Under the pieces are notes generated by a model, which searched no databases, was not told where the DNA came from, and saw only the letters and a list, made by a program, of their open reading frames with translations. Positions 32,352-42,437 of a stretch of 64,000 bases of DNA are shown here, piece after piece. Source of the DNA: Verrucomicrobiota bacterium (GTDB lineage: Bacteria; Verrucomicrobiota; Lentisphaeria; Lentisphaerales; Lentisphaeraceae); contig JBDKFG010000010.1 of assembly GCA_039798785.1 (NCBI GenBank), positions 23,733 to 87,732 on the forward strand, written 5' to 3'. How positions within the stretch are numbered: the first letter of the stretch is position 1; every line of letters begins with the position of its first letter. The position numbers were made by a program, and so were the translations under genes.

Positions 32352-32939
32352 TCAACTGGGTTTCTTGGGCTTGAGTTCGTGGCGGAGGGCCTCGATATCG
32401 GCGCCTTGGATCAGCTTGATGATTTCGTCGTAGCACTCGTGGAAACCGTAGCCGCCTTCGCGCATTTCGGCGAGGGCCTGTTCTTTGCTCCATCCCTGGT
32501 GGACCATGCGGTAGAAGGCGCAGATGCAGCCGGTCCGGTCGGAGCCATGCCAGCAGTGGACGAGGACGGGTCCTTTGGCGTCGGTGATGATTTTCAAGGC
32601 TTGGCGGACTTCATCGAGCTTGATCGCTCCGGCGCGCAATTCGACGCGGTGGAGTTTCAGAGCCGTGCCTTTGGCTTCGTCTTCGTCATCGTGGAAATCG
32701 CGCAGGTTGAGGATTTCGGAGATGCCAGCCTTGGCGAGGCTTTTCATGGCGTCTTCATCGGGCTGGGAGGAGCGGTAGAGGCGAGCGTCGAGCTGATGGA
32801 AGTTCTTCAATTTCGGGCTGAGGACGGGCTGGGCCCATTCGACCGGCCTGATGCGGATCTTGGCGGTGGCTGGCGCCGGCTGGGGCGGGGCGGGATCGGG
32901 GCTGGCGAGGAGGAGGGCGGCGAGGCAGGCGAGAGTCAT
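32352..32939 (-). CDS. Exported tyrosine/dual-specificity phosphatase family protein
   Basis: LYRSSQP, P-loop VHCWHGSDRTG; signal-peptide-like N-terminus. Confidence 0.9.
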   Translation of the reverse strand: MTLACLAALLLASPDPAPPQPAPATAKIRIRPVEWAQPVLSPKLKNFHQLDARLYRSSQPDEDAMKSLAKAGISEILNLRDFHDDEDEAKGTALKLHRVELRAGAIKLDEVRQALKIITDAKGPVLVHCWHGSDRTGCICAFYRMVHQGWSKEQALAEMREGGYGFHECYDEIIKLIQGADIEALRHELKPKKPS

Positions 32940-34867
32940 GGTTTGGGCTCCGTTTTGGCAGGGTCGAAGAGGCGGAGGGCGTGTTCGGCGATGACCAGGA
33001 CTTCAGATTCCGGATCGAGGTTGCGGCGGCTGAGTTCGAGCCAGCCCTTGGCGGCTTCCTTGTGGCCTGATGCGAGCGCTTCGATTCCGGCTTCGGTCCA
33101 GGACCATGCCAGGTGCGAGTCGCGGCCTTGCGCGTCCAGGGGCAGGGAGGCGAGGCGGGAGCGGAGCCGGTTTCCGATCTCCTCGAGAGATTTGGGCCGG
33201 GGCGCCGGCTGGCGGCGGAGGGCCTGGGCCAGGGATTCGGGATGGATGGGGACAGGTGACTGGGAGAGCAGCGGGGTGATTTTTTCCGGGGTCAGCGAGG
33301 GAGGCGCGAGGGCGGCGTCGAGACTGGCGAAAGCGGGATTGAAGAGGGGCGCTTCGCCGAGGAGGAGATGGAGCGGCGTCGGGTCGCTCAAGCTGGAGTC
33401 GCCGCGGCCGTTCTGGAGACGGGTGAATTTCCCGAGGAGGACGCGGGCGGCCTCGGTGCTGCGGCCGATGGCGATGCTGCCCGAGAGGACTTCTCCTTCG
33501 ATGGCGAAGCGGCATTTCCGGGCGGCCTGGAGGAGGAGGCGATGGTTGTCGGGGTGGCCGGGGGGGAACTGGTCGGCGGCGAGGCAGAGGGCGAGGGGGA
33601 AGTCCGGGGCGCTGGCGGCGAGTTCGAGCGCGGCTTTCTGGGCGGCGGTCTTGTCGTTTTTGAGTTGCGCCAGGCGCAAGGCGTCGCGGCGGCCGGCGGC
33701 GGCCGGCGGGCAGGCGTCGCGGATCTGTTCGAGTTCGCCGCTGGGGATGCCCGGGACACGGCAGAATTCCGATTCCCAGTCGAGGGCGGCGAGTTTCATG
33801 ATGCCGAAGTCGTAGGCGTCGCAGACCGGGATATCGGATGGGGCGAGCCAGGGGTCGAGGAGGGAGAAGTAGATTTCGCCGTCGGAGAGGTGGAGGTTTT
33901 GCCAGTCTTCGGGGCGTCCATGGCCATTGTGTCGGAGGATCTGGAGGCGGCAGAGGGCGGCGAAGCCCTGGGGTTTTTCCGGCAGGAGGCGGAGCAGCTG
34001 GGTCTGGCTGGGGGCGGCGAGGCGGCGGGCGGCGGCTTCGTCCGGAGCGGCGAGGGCCTCGGCGGGCCACATCAGTTCGCGGCAGAGGAGTTCGCTCAAG
34101 GCGGCTGGGGCCAACCCGAGCCAGGCATCGGGGCGTTTCGCCAGGGCTTCCTGGAAGGCGCTGCCCTTATGGCGGAGGCTGAGCAGATGGATCGCCTGTG
34201 CGGCCGGGGAGGGGAGGCGGCCCATTTTTTCCATCAAGACGGCGTCCTTGAGTCGGGCATCGAGAAGCGCAGCTTCGCCGGAGAGAGCTTCCGCGGCCAA
34301 TTCAAGCTCGCCGCGGCGGATGTGGAGCGCAATTTGGAAAAGGCGGTTTTCTTCTCGGCTCAGCATCGCCAGGGTGGCGAGTTCAGCCTCGTCGAGCCCG
34401 TCCAGTACGGCGGGGGCCTGGCATGCGGAGCTCGCCACTTCGCAGAGGTTCTGGAGGCGGTTCCAGATCTCGTTCTCCTCATCTTCGGCGGGGGGGCGGA
34501 GCTCGTCGCCGCAAAGCGCCAGCAGGCGGGCGAAGAGGAGAGGCGATTTTTCCGCCAGGGCAGCCCAAGCGTCTTCCCCGGATTTCTCATCGCGGGCCAA
34601 GGCGTCACGATAATTTTTTGCATCAAAGCCCGGCGCGATCTGCCATTTCAGCTCGCTCCAGAGTTCCTGGGCGGCGGCGGCGACTTGCGGGTCGGGGGAG
34701 GCAAGGGCCTTTTTGACCGCGCCGCGCGCCTCGAAGCCGAGGCGCTGCAGGTTTTTGCGGGCGTCGCGGCGTTCCTTGGGAGATCCCTGGCTGAGGGTCT
34801 GGAGAAGCGCCTCCGGCGTGGACTCGGGGTCGCCGAAGAAGAGCAGGAGCGCGAGTGGCAGGACCAT
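32936..34867 (-). CDS. Hypothetical exported helical-repeat (HEAT-like N-terminus) protein
   Basis: Short hydrophobic N-terminus; ERRDARKNLQRLG...LASPDPQVAAAA; overlaps the start of the phosphatase gene. Confidence 0.65.
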   Translation of the reverse strand: MVLPLALLLFFGDPESTPEALLQTLSQGSPKERRDARKNLQRLGFEARGAVKKALASPDPQVAAAAQELWSELKWQIAPGFDAKNYRDALARDEKSGEDAWAALAEKSPLLFARLLALCGDELRPPAEDEENEIWNRLQNLCEVASSACQAPAVLDGLDEAELATLAMLSREENRLFQIALHIRRGELELAAEALSGEAALLDARLKDAVLMEKMGRLPSPAAQAIHLLSLRHKGSAFQEALAKRPDAWLGLAPAALSELLCRELMWPAEALAAPDEAAARRLAAPSQTQLLRLLPEKPQGFAALCRLQILRHNGHGRPEDWQNLHLSDGEIYFSLLDPWLAPSDIPVCDAYDFGIMKLAALDWESEFCRVPGIPSGELEQIRDACPPAAAGRRDALRLAQLKNDKTAAQKAALELAASAPDFPLALCLAADQFPPGHPDNHRLLLQAARKCRFAIEGEVLSGSIAIGRSTEAARVLLGKFTRLQNGRGDSSLSDPTPLHLLLGEAPLFNPAFASLDAALAPPSLTPEKITPLLSQSPVPIHPESLAQALRRQPAPRPKSLEEIGNRLRSRLASLPLDAQGRDSHLAWSWTEAGIEALASGHKEAAKGWLELSRRNLDPESEVLVIAEHALRLFDPAKTEPKP

Positions 34868-34876
34868 GGAGGCACC

Positions 34877-35308
34877 TCAGGGGGCTGGGCGGGCGGAGGA
34901 GGGGGCGTAGGGATTCCAAGGAAAGGGCTTGCCTTCGGCGTCGAGGGCGACGAAGACCATGGAGCAGGAGCTGATCATGATGAACTTCGAATTCTGGTCG
35001 GCGGGTCTGCGGGCGTAGACGTGGCATTCGATGCTCAGGGAGGTTCGGCCGAGGTGGGAAGGGCGCCCCCAGATCTCGATCTGGTCGCAGAGCCGGGCGG
35101 GGGCGAAGAATTCGACTTCGCTCATCTTGCGGGTGGCGATGTCGGGCGTGCCGGTGATGCTGACCGCCAGCATCGCGAGGGACTCGTCGATCCAGGCGAG
35201 AAGGGTGCCGCCGAAGAGGCGCTGGCCGATCGACAGGTCGCCCTGCATGACGACGCGGCGGGAGATCAGGACGTAGTCGGGCGCGAGGTCTTCGGGTTTG
35301 GCGAACAT
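34877..35308 (-). CDS. Acyl-CoA thioesterase (hotdog fold)
   Basis: LFGGTLLAWIDE, VEFFAPA, GRTSL, MVFVALDAEGKP. Confidence 0.88.
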   Translation of the reverse strand: MFAKPEDLAPDYVLISRRVVMQGDLSIGQRLFGGTLLAWIDESLAMLAVSITGTPDIATRKMSEVEFFAPARLCDQIEIWGRPSHLGRTSLSIECHVYARRPADQNSKFIMISSCSMVFVALDAEGKPFPWNPYAPSSARPAP

Positions 35309-35387
35309 GGGGCTTCCTTGGCTGATGCTCCAATCTAGCCCCGAAGACGGATGCGGGGAAGGAGGGAAGCGAAGGAAAGTCGGGGAC

Positions 35388-36710
35388 TTATTCGTCTGCG
35401 ACTTTCTTCAGCTCCTCCAGAGTTCTTTGGAAGGGGCATTTGTCGGAGCTGTCCTGAGTCAGGAAGGCCTGGATCGGCTTGTGGCGTTTCAAGGCCCTGT
35501 CGATGTCGGAGTTCGATCCCGGGACGTAGGCGCCGATGTTGATCATGTCCTCGGCTTCGCGGTAGGAGGCCATCAGCTTGCGGAGATTGCGGCCGAGCTT
35601 GAGATGGTCCGGCGAGGAGACATCCTTGGCGACTCGGGAGACCGATTCGAGGACGTCGACGGCAGGATATCGGCCGCCGGCGGCGATGCGGCGGGAGAGG
35701 ACGATGTGGCCGTCGAGGATGGAGCGCACCGAGTCGGCGATGGGGTCGTTCATGTCATCACCTTCGACCAGGACGGTGGCGAAGGCGGTGATCGAGCCTT
35801 TCTGCGAGCGGCCGGCGCGTTCGAGGAGTCGGGGCAGGAGGGCGAAGACCGAAGGGGGGTAGCCACGAGTGGCCGGGGGCTCGCCGGCGGAGAGGCCGAT
35901 TTCGCGCTGCGCCATGGCGTAGCGGGTGACTGAGTCGATCATGAAGATCACGTCGGCTCCCTGGTCGCGGAAATACTCGGCGATCGCCATCGCGGTGTCG
36001 GCGGCTCGGACCCGGTGTAGCGGCGTGCGGTCCGAAGTGGCGACCACCAGGATCGAGCGTGCGAGGCCTTCCGCTCCGAGGGATTCCTCGACGAAGTCCA
36101 TCACTTCCTTGCCCCGTTCCCCGACGAGGGCGATGACGTTGACCTGCGACAGGCAGGAACGGGCGATCATGCCCATCAGCGTCGACTTGCCGACGCCCGA
36201 GCCGGCGAAGATGCCGACCCGCTGGCCTTTGCCGCAGGGAATCGCGGCATCGATGGCCTTGACGCCGGTCGGCATCATCTCTGTCACTCTCGGACGGTCG
36301 AAGGCCGCCGGCGGCGTGCCGGTGACGGCGCGCAGCCCCCCCTTGATCGGCCCCTTGCCATCGATGGGCCTGCCGAGTCCGTCTACGACCCGTCCGAGCA
36401 TCGCCGGGCCGACCGGGACGCGGAAGCCGTCGCCGAGAGGGACGACGAGGTCGCCGGGGCGGACCGAGTGGAGCTGATCCATGGGCATCAGCAGCAGGTT
36501 CCGGTCGCGGAAGCCGATGACTTCGCAGACCTGGCGGCTGCCGCTGGCGGAGTCGACGATTTCGACCAGGTCGCCGCAGGCGCAGAGCGGGCCGGCCGAT
36601 TCGACCAGGGTGCCGACGCTGCGGGCGACGCGTCCTAGGGAGCGGACCGAGCGGACTCCGCTGAGTTGGCGGAGAGGGGCGGCGAGTCGGCTGAATTCAG
36701 GGCTGCGCAT
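35388..36710 (-). CDS. fliI: FliI/YscN (SctN) type III export ATPase
   Basis: GQRVGIFAGSGVGKS, DSVTRYAMAQREIGL, GEPPATRGYPPS, RSILDGHIVLSR. Confidence 0.92.
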   Translation of the reverse strand: MRSPEFSRLAAPLRQLSGVRSVRSLGRVARSVGTLVESAGPLCACGDLVEIVDSASGSRQVCEVIGFRDRNLLLMPMDQLHSVRPGDLVVPLGDGFRVPVGPAMLGRVVDGLGRPIDGKGPIKGGLRAVTGTPPAAFDRPRVTEMMPTGVKAIDAAIPCGKGQRVGIFAGSGVGKSTLMGMIARSCLSQVNVIALVGERGKEVMDFVEESLGAEGLARSILVVATSDRTPLHRVRAADTAMAIAEYFRDQGADVIFMIDSVTRYAMAQREIGLSAGEPPATRGYPPSVFALLPRLLERAGRSQKGSITAFATVLVEGDDMNDPIADSVRSILDGHIVLSRRIAAGGRYPAVDVLESVSRVAKDVSSPDHLKLGRNLRKLMASYREAEDMINIGAYVPGSNSDIDRALKRHKPIQAFLTQDSSDKCPFQRTLEELKKVADE

Positions 36711-37377
36711 GGCCGCTCTCGTCGTGCTGCTGACCGTGGTGCAAGGCTTTTTCGACGGCTATGCGGATGCAGTCGAGACGCGCATGGAGGGTGGCGTCGA
36801 CGATGCCGTGTTCGTGTTCGGCGAAGGCTTCGCCTCGTGCCAGGGAGGAGTCCGGTTCGATGCGGCAGAGGCGGAAGCTGTGGTTGCGGGCGACGGCGTC
36901 GGCGTCGTCGGGATGGAGGCGGAGGGTGACGGCCTTGAGATTGGCGACACCTTGTAGGGCTTCGCGGAGGACGGCGGGGAGGTCGGCGTGGGAAGGGAAG
37001 CTGGCGGCGAGTATGCGTTCAGCGACGGCGATGCCGAGGGCCGCGGATTCCTCCAGGAGCTGGTGTTCGAGCTGTTGAAGAGCCAGGTCGAAGCTTTCGG
37101 CGAGCTGTCTGCGGCTGTCGGCAAGTTCCTTTTCGAGCGAGGAGACACGGCTTTTTTGAGACGCGAGTTCCTTTTGCAAAGGGGCTTCAGCCTCCTTGCG
37201 GCCGCGATCGTATTCAGCCTTGAGCATCGCCGGATCGATTTTCGGGGCCTCGGGAGGAGGGGCTGCCGGCTTCTTCAGGTCGACCACCTCGACCTTGCCT
37301 TGGCGGGCGACAAAGGCGCCGGCGGTGCCCAGATGGACACGTTGAGGGGGGGGCGGGGACGGAGTAGCTGGCGTCAT
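36697..37377 (-). CDS. FliH/SctL-like ATPase stator
   Basis: AEYDRGRKEA, coiled coil, VTLRLHPDD, IEPDSSLARGE, GIVDAT; overlaps the fliI start. Confidence 0.78.
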   Translation of the reverse strand: MTPATPSPPPPQRVHLGTAGAFVARQGKVEVVDLKKPAAPPPEAPKIDPAMLKAEYDRGRKEAEAPLQKELASQKSRVSSLEKELADSRRQLAESFDLALQQLEHQLLEESAALGIAVAERILAASFPSHADLPAVLREALQGVANLKAVTLRLHPDDADAVARNHSFRLCRIEPDSSLARGEAFAEHEHGIVDATLHARLDCIRIAVEKALHHGQQHDESGHAQP

Positions 37378-37461
37378 TCGGTCCTCAGGGCTGGGGTTTG
37401 ATCCTGGTTGAAGCACGAAGCGTGCCATCCTGTGGCGGTGGACTGCCGGAGCTGCCGGAGT

Positions 37462-37680
37462 TCAGGAGCTCAGCAGGTCGAGAAGGAATCCTGCCAGGAA
37501 GCCGAGGCCGAGGCCGGTCAGGACCGGGATCATCGCCTCATCACTGCCCAGGCAAAGGGCGGCGATGCCGCCGAGGATCGCTCCCAGGCAGGCGCCCGCG
37601 AGGCTTTTCCAGGCGGCATGCCCGCCCTCGATGAGGATTTCCAGTGCGAGCTGGAGCAGTTCGGCGACGATTTCCTTCAT
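37462..37680 (-). CDS. Small hypothetical membrane protein
   Basis: 72 aa, two Gly-rich hydrophobic helices. Confidence 0.55.
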   Translation of the reverse strand: MKEIVAELLQLALEILIEGGHAAWKSLAGACLGAILGGIAALCLGSDEAMIPVLTGLGLGFLAGFLLDLLSS

Positions 37681-37821
37681 GATTCAGGTCTCCCGGGGCC
37701 AAGGTGCCTGGACCGCCGCCATCCGGCGGCTACGGAAAATCCTCCGTATCGGACTCTCCTGTGGCAAAGCTGCTGCAGGGTGCTAGGTTGCGCGCCGTTT
37801 CGACCCCGGACAAGAAATCAC

Positions 37822-39285
37822 ATGAACCTGCGTGCGGTGATCAACATAGTTTCGCTGCTGATCGTCCTGATCGGCTTTTCGATGCTGGGCGCTGCCTTTG
37901 CCGGAAAGATCGCGGGTGACGGCCCGGATCTGGTCTTCCGTTTTGTCGAATGCAGTCTCTTCAGCATGCTGGTGGGCCTCATTGTCTTTCTGAAGACCCG
38001 GGATTCTAAGCTCAATCTTGGTCTCCGCGAAGGCTATGCCGTGGTCACTCTCGGGTGGCTGGCGGTGGTGGCGGTGGGAGCCGTCCCGTTCCCGGTGATC
38101 ACCGAAGGGCGGGTGAGCTTCACCGACGGCTTTTTCGAGGTGATGAGCGGATTCACCACAACGGGAGCCTCGATCCTCGCCGATGTCGAGCATGGACCTT
38201 GCAGCAAGGGTTTGATCTTCTGGCGCAGCATCTGCAACTGGCTGGGGGGGCTGGGCATCGTCGTCTTGTCGATGGTTCTGCTGCCCTTCCTCGGGGCGGG
38301 CGGCGTGCAGCTCTTCCGCGCCGAGTCGACCGGCACCGGAGGGGAGCAGCTGACTTCTCGCGCGGTGAGCACCGCGAAAATGCTCTGGGCCTTCTACTTC
38401 TCTCTCACCTTGATACTGGTCGCACTGATGAGGTTCCTCGATATGCCGTGGATGGAGAGCATCTGCCACAGCATGAGTGCCATGTCGACTGGCGGGTTCT
38501 CTCCTTTGAACAGCAGCTTTCAGAATTACGGATTGGCAGTCTTGTGGGTCTGCACACTGTTCCAGTTCGTTTCCGGGGCCAACTACATTCTCCACCTCAA
38601 GGCTGCCCGCGGCGACTGGAAGTGTTATTGGAAGGACGAGGAGTTCCGCTGGTATCTGGGGATATACGTCGTCGCCTCAATCTTGATTGCCCAGCAGCTG
38701 ATGTTGCGTGGCTTCGAGTCGAGCGCCTCCGACGCAGCGGCCCACGCCACTTTTCAGGTGGTGACGGTCGGGAGCACCTGCGGTTTCTGCTCGCGCGACT
38801 TCGCCGCCTGGCCGGTGTCCTGCCAGATGATCTTGGTCCTGCTGATGTTCATGGGGGGCTGCGGCGGTTCGACTTCTGGCGGCCTGAAGACGGCTCGCGT
38901 GATCATGGTGGCGAAATACGCATGGATGAAGATCCAGCAGGTGGCCCGTCCCCGCAGCATCTTCAGCATCCACTTCAACGGTGTGCGCATTGAAGACTCG
39001 GTGATTCACAAGGTGATGATCTTCTTCTGCCTTTACGTCGGCCTCTGGCTGGGCGGAGCTTTCCTGCTCTCATTTGCTCCGCAGCTCAGTTTCACCGGGG
39101 CCTTGACCGGATCCCTTGCCTGCCTCGCCAACATCGGCCCCGGGCTTGCCGAGCTCGGCCCGACCTGCAACTTCGGGCTGCTGCCCGACTGGGCCACCTG
39201 GGTCTGCAGCATCCTGATGCTTCTGGGGCGCCTCGAAATCTTCACCGTGATGATCTTACTCTCGCCGTCGCTGTGGCGGAAGTGA
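37822..39285 (+). CDS. trkH: Trk-type K+ uptake membrane protein
   Basis: FFEVMSGFTTTGAS, WLGGLGI, STGGFS, GGCGGSTSGGLK, NIGPG, GRLEIF. Confidence 0.94.
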   Translation: MNLRAVINIVSLLIVLIGFSMLGAAFAGKIAGDGPDLVFRFVECSLFSMLVGLIVFLKTRDSKLNLGLREGYAVVTLGWLAVVAVGAVPFPVITEGRVSFTDGFFEVMSGFTTTGASILADVEHGPCSKGLIFWRSICNWLGGLGIVVLSMVLLPFLGAGGVQLFRAESTGTGGEQLTSRAVSTAKMLWAFYFSLTLILVALMRFLDMPWMESICHSMSAMSTGGFSPLNSSFQNYGLAVLWVCTLFQFVSGANYILHLKAARGDWKCYWKDEEFRWYLGIYVVASILIAQQLMLRGFESSASDAAAHATFQVVTVGSTCGFCSRDFAAWPVSCQMILVLLMFMGGCGGSTSGGLKTARVIMVAKYAWMKIQQVARPRSIFSIHFNGVRIEDSVIHKVMIFFCLYVGLWLGGAFLLSFAPQLSFTGALTGSLACLANIGPGLAELGPTCNFGLLPDWATWVCSILMLLGRLEIFTVMILLSPSLWRK

Positions 39286-39328
39286 ATCCCCTCCCTATCT
39301 TCTCCGCCAGCAACCCCGACGGCTCTAC

Positions 39329-40552
39329 GTGCGCACCATCAATCTCTACATCGCCCGCAACCTCCTCTGGGTCTTCACCATCTCGATCGCCGTCCTGATC
39401 TTCGTGATGCTGGCCGGAAACATCCTGCGGCTGATTGACAAGCTCACTCACGGCTTGGATCCGATGGTGTTCTTCGATCTGATGATGGCGATTTTGCCTG
39501 GTCTTCTCGGCTATGCGCTGCCTGTAGCGCTGCTGGTCGCTGTCACGCTGGTCTATTCAAGGATGTCGGCGGAGAGCGAGATAACGGCGATGCGAGCCAG
39601 CGGCATCTCGGTCTGGCAGATCACGACGCCGGCGATCCTGCTCAGCCTGGCCGTCTCGGCGGCCTGCTTCTGGCTGCAGGTCGAGGCGATCTCCGACGCC
39701 AATCTGAGGCGAGACACCCTGATCGGGAACCTCGCTTCCACCTCACCTGCCGTCCTGCTTGAATCAGGCACCGAGATCGAGCTCGGCAATCAGCTGATCA
39801 CCATTGACGAACGCCAGGGCAACGAGCTCAAGGGAGTCCGTCTGGTGCAGTCCCGGGACGGCGTCATCGAAAGGGAGATCCTGGCGGAAACCGCGACTTT
39901 GATCCCGGATGAAAAAGGACCCTGGACGATCCAGTTCCATTCCGCGAGGATTCTGACCAGCGGGGGTTTTGATGATTTCGCGGTGAAGGGCGATGGCAGA
40001 AAAGCGGCTGCGGCGGAATCGAAAAAATCAGGCTCCATCTCCAAGGACTCCAAGCCCGAGGGGGCTCAGGCCGAGCGGATGAACCGCATCGCTTCGGGAG
40101 AGATCGGGCTGAAGTTCGATCCCCACAGCCGGGTCAGCGACAATCTCAGGAGGAAGTTCAAATATCTCGATGCCCAGGGACTTCTCTCTCGCATCGCCAA
40201 CATGGATGACCGGATTGCGACGCTGCCGAAAGACGACAAAAAGGCTCTCAAGGCTCTTCAGAAGGAGCGGGGCAACGCCTGTTTCCGCCTCAACAAGAAC
40301 CTTGCGCTTGCCCTGGCTCCGCTCTCCTTCCTGCTTCTCGCCCTGCCTTTCAGTTTCCGCAGCGCGCGCAGCGAAACCTCGGTCGGCCTGGTCATCAGCC
40401 TCTTCATCCTGATGGGGTATTTCGGCATGAACATGGCGATCGAGATGTTGCCGAAGACGGAGAGCTTCAAGCCATGGATCCTGATCTGGGTGCCCAACCT
40501 TGTGTATCAGGCCGCGGGGATCTGGCTGCTCGCACGCAAGGTCAGGGGCTGA
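39329..40552 (+). CDS. LptF/LptG family LPS export permease
   Basis: RTINLYIAR, RMSAESEITAMRASGIS, WVPNL. Confidence 0.9.
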   Translation: MRTINLYIARNLLWVFTISIAVLIFVMLAGNILRLIDKLTHGLDPMVFFDLMMAILPGLLGYALPVALLVAVTLVYSRMSAESEITAMRASGISVWQITTPAILLSLAVSAACFWLQVEAISDANLRRDTLIGNLASTSPAVLLESGTEIELGNQLITIDERQGNELKGVRLVQSRDGVIEREILAETATLIPDEKGPWTIQFHSARILTSGGFDDFAVKGDGRKAAAAESKKSGSISKDSKPEGAQAERMNRIASGEIGLKFDPHSRVSDNLRRKFKYLDAQGLLSRIANMDDRIATLPKDDKKALKALQKERGNACFRLNKNLALALAPLSFLLLALPFSFRSARSETSVGLVISLFILMGYFGMNMAIEMLPKTESFKPWILIWVPNLVYQAAGIWLLARKVRG

Positions 40553-40759
40553 AGCGGATTCAAGGTCCTGCCTCAAAAGTCACCGCTTAGCGGTAGCCGT
40601 GGCCATCGCGCTCGGAACAAGATCGATCAAGCAGCCAAGTCCTTTGCTGGTGGTGCATCCGCAATAGAGGGCTGGCTTGCATGGGTCGCAGTGCCATGGT
40701 GCTTTTCGCCACGCGTGCGCTTTTCGCTGGTTTTTGCGGCGGTGATCGAAGAATTCGGG

Positions 40760-42022
40760 TCAGAATTTCACCGAATTCTTCAGGCTGCCGAGCATCGAGC
40801 CCAGGGCACGTTTGAACTCGTCGAAGAGCTCTCGCGTGTTGGAGGGTTCGGCGTTGGTCTCGTCGATCAGGGTGCTGAGGTGGCCGAGTTTGAGCGCTCC
40901 GGCGCAGGCGGCGAAGCCGGGGTTGTCACGGACGCTTTCGAGGCAGGTGAAGCCGCTCAGACGGGCGACGCGAGCAGGGCAGTTGAAGACTTCCTGGGCG
41001 AGGCGGCTGAGTTCCCGGATGCGCGAGCCGCCGCCGCACAGGATGATGCCTTTGGGAAAATGCTGTTCGAGGCCGTGGCGATGGATGTCGGCGGTGATGA
41101 TCTCGAAGATTTCGCGTAGTCTGAGTTCGATGCAGAGTTCCAGGGCGGCCTGGTTGATCATCCTAGGGGCCTGGCCGGGATGGATCGGGATTTCGATGCG
41201 GCGGCTGGCTCCATCCTTCTGCGAGATGGCGCCGCCGTGGCTGTGCAGCAGGCGCTGGGCGTCGGGCTGGGCGATGTTGAAGGCCAGGGCGATGTCGTTG
41301 CTGACGTGGTTGACGCCGACGCAGAGGACTTCCGCCAGCATCGGGTTGTTGCCGTTCCACAGGGAGTAGTCGGTGGTGCCTGCGCCGAAGTCGATCACCA
41401 GCACGCCGCCTTCACGGTCGTCGTCATCGGTGACGCCCATGGCGGAGCAGAAAGGCGAGGGCAGGATCGAGGCGGGGCATTCGCCGTGGACGTGTTCGAT
41501 CAGGCTGCGGACCGAGTTGAAGACCTGGCGTTCGCCATAGGTGAGGATGACTTCACAGGTGAGCTTGTGGCCGTGCATGTTGGTGGGCAGTTTCACCGGG
41601 CGGCCATCGACGGCGAAGCTGCGGGTGAAGTCCGAGATCAGCTCCTGGTTGTTGGGCAGCGAGGTGTGGCGGGCGTTGGTGGTGACGGTGATCAGCTCTT
41701 CATTGGTGATCGGTCCGCCGCCGGGGATCGGCAGGAAGCCTTCCTGGACTTCCGAGCGCAGGTGGGTCCCAGAGAGGCTGACGGTGATCGAGGAGGGCTT
41801 GCCTTTGGCCATCTCCTCGGCCTTGGCCATCGCCAGGGTGAGCTGCTCTTCGGCCATCGGCATCAGCACCAGATCGCCCTTTTCGATCGCTTTCATCGAG
41901 CTCACCTCGGCGTGGCCGACGATCTGCAGGGTGACGCTGTCGACCACCTCGGCGATCAGGCAGCGGATGTGGGAGGTGCCGATCTCGACGGCGGCGATCA
42001 GTTCAGGCTCGGTGGGGGTCAT
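40760..42022 (-). CDS. ftsA: Cell division protein FtsA
   Basis: AVEIGTSHI, VIDFGAGTTD, SNDIA, GIILCGGGS. Confidence 0.88.
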   Translation of the reverse strand: MTPTEPELIAAVEIGTSHIRCLIAEVVDSVTLQIVGHAEVSSMKAIEKGDLVLMPMAEEQLTLAMAKAEEMAKGKPSSITVSLSGTHLRSEVQEGFLPIPGGGPITNEELITVTTNARHTSLPNNQELISDFTRSFAVDGRPVKLPTNMHGHKLTCEVILTYGERQVFNSVRSLIEHVHGECPASILPSPFCSAMGVTDDDDREGGVLVIDFGAGTTDYSLWNGNNPMLAEVLCVGVNHVSNDIALAFNIAQPDAQRLLHSHGGAISQKDGASRRIEIPIHPGQAPRMINQAALELCIELRLREIFEIITADIHRHGLEQHFPKGIILCGGGSRIRELSRLAQEVFNCPARVARLSGFTCLESVRDNPGFAACAGALKLGHLSTLIDETNAEPSNTRELFDEFKRALGSMLGSLKNSVKF

Positions 42023-42140
42023 GCTCTTTCCTCGTAGGATGTGCGGAATATCCCGCTCGCCGCCCGGGAGTCAAACCGCCGCCGCCCTTGATTTCCGAGG
42101 AAGATCGAAAGAAACCCTGAAAGCATCCGAGGATTTCCCC

Positions 42141-42168
42141 TTGACAGCTGATCGAAGGAGGTTAACCT
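42141..42168 (+). promoter_or_regulatory. Sigma70-type promoter for the small basic protein gene
   Basis: TTGACA-N16-TAACCT. Confidence 0.55.
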
Positions 42169-42225
42169 AGCCAGCCGCCCTGCCAAACAAGGGTGGAAAT
42201 CAACCCTCTACAAAAGAGTTACGCC

Positions 42226-42312
42226 ATGGGCAACCTCCGCAAGAAGAGAAAGGTCAAAATCGCGAAGCACAAGCGTCGCAAGCAGAGACGGTCCAACCGC
42301 CACAAGAAGTGA
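42226..42312 (+). CDS. 28-aa basic protein, AURKAIP1/COX24 (bS22/mS38-like) family
   Basis: MGNLRKKRKVKIAKHKRRKQRRSNRHKK; below the ORF-track cutoff; own promoter and terminator. Confidence 0.85.
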   Translation: MGNLRKKRKVKIAKHKRRKQRRSNRHKK

Positions 42313-42385
42313 CGGTGACGGCGACGGGCGTAGGCGCGGCTAGACCGCGACATTCCTGTGGCCGCGCCCCGACTCGAGACCTTCG

Positions 42386-42412
42386 AAAACCCCGGATCAC
42401 TCCGGGGTTTTT
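42386..42412. terminator. Bidirectional terminator
   Basis: AAAACCCCGGA-TCAC-TCCGGGGTTTTT. Confidence 0.8.
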
Positions 42413-42437
42413 GTTGTCCGGGTGGAGTCGCTGCGTC

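Noticed and set aside
40553..40759. Small ORF between the lptF/G gene and ftsA
   Set aside because: Only a ~36-codon minus-strand frame with no RBS or recognisable motif.
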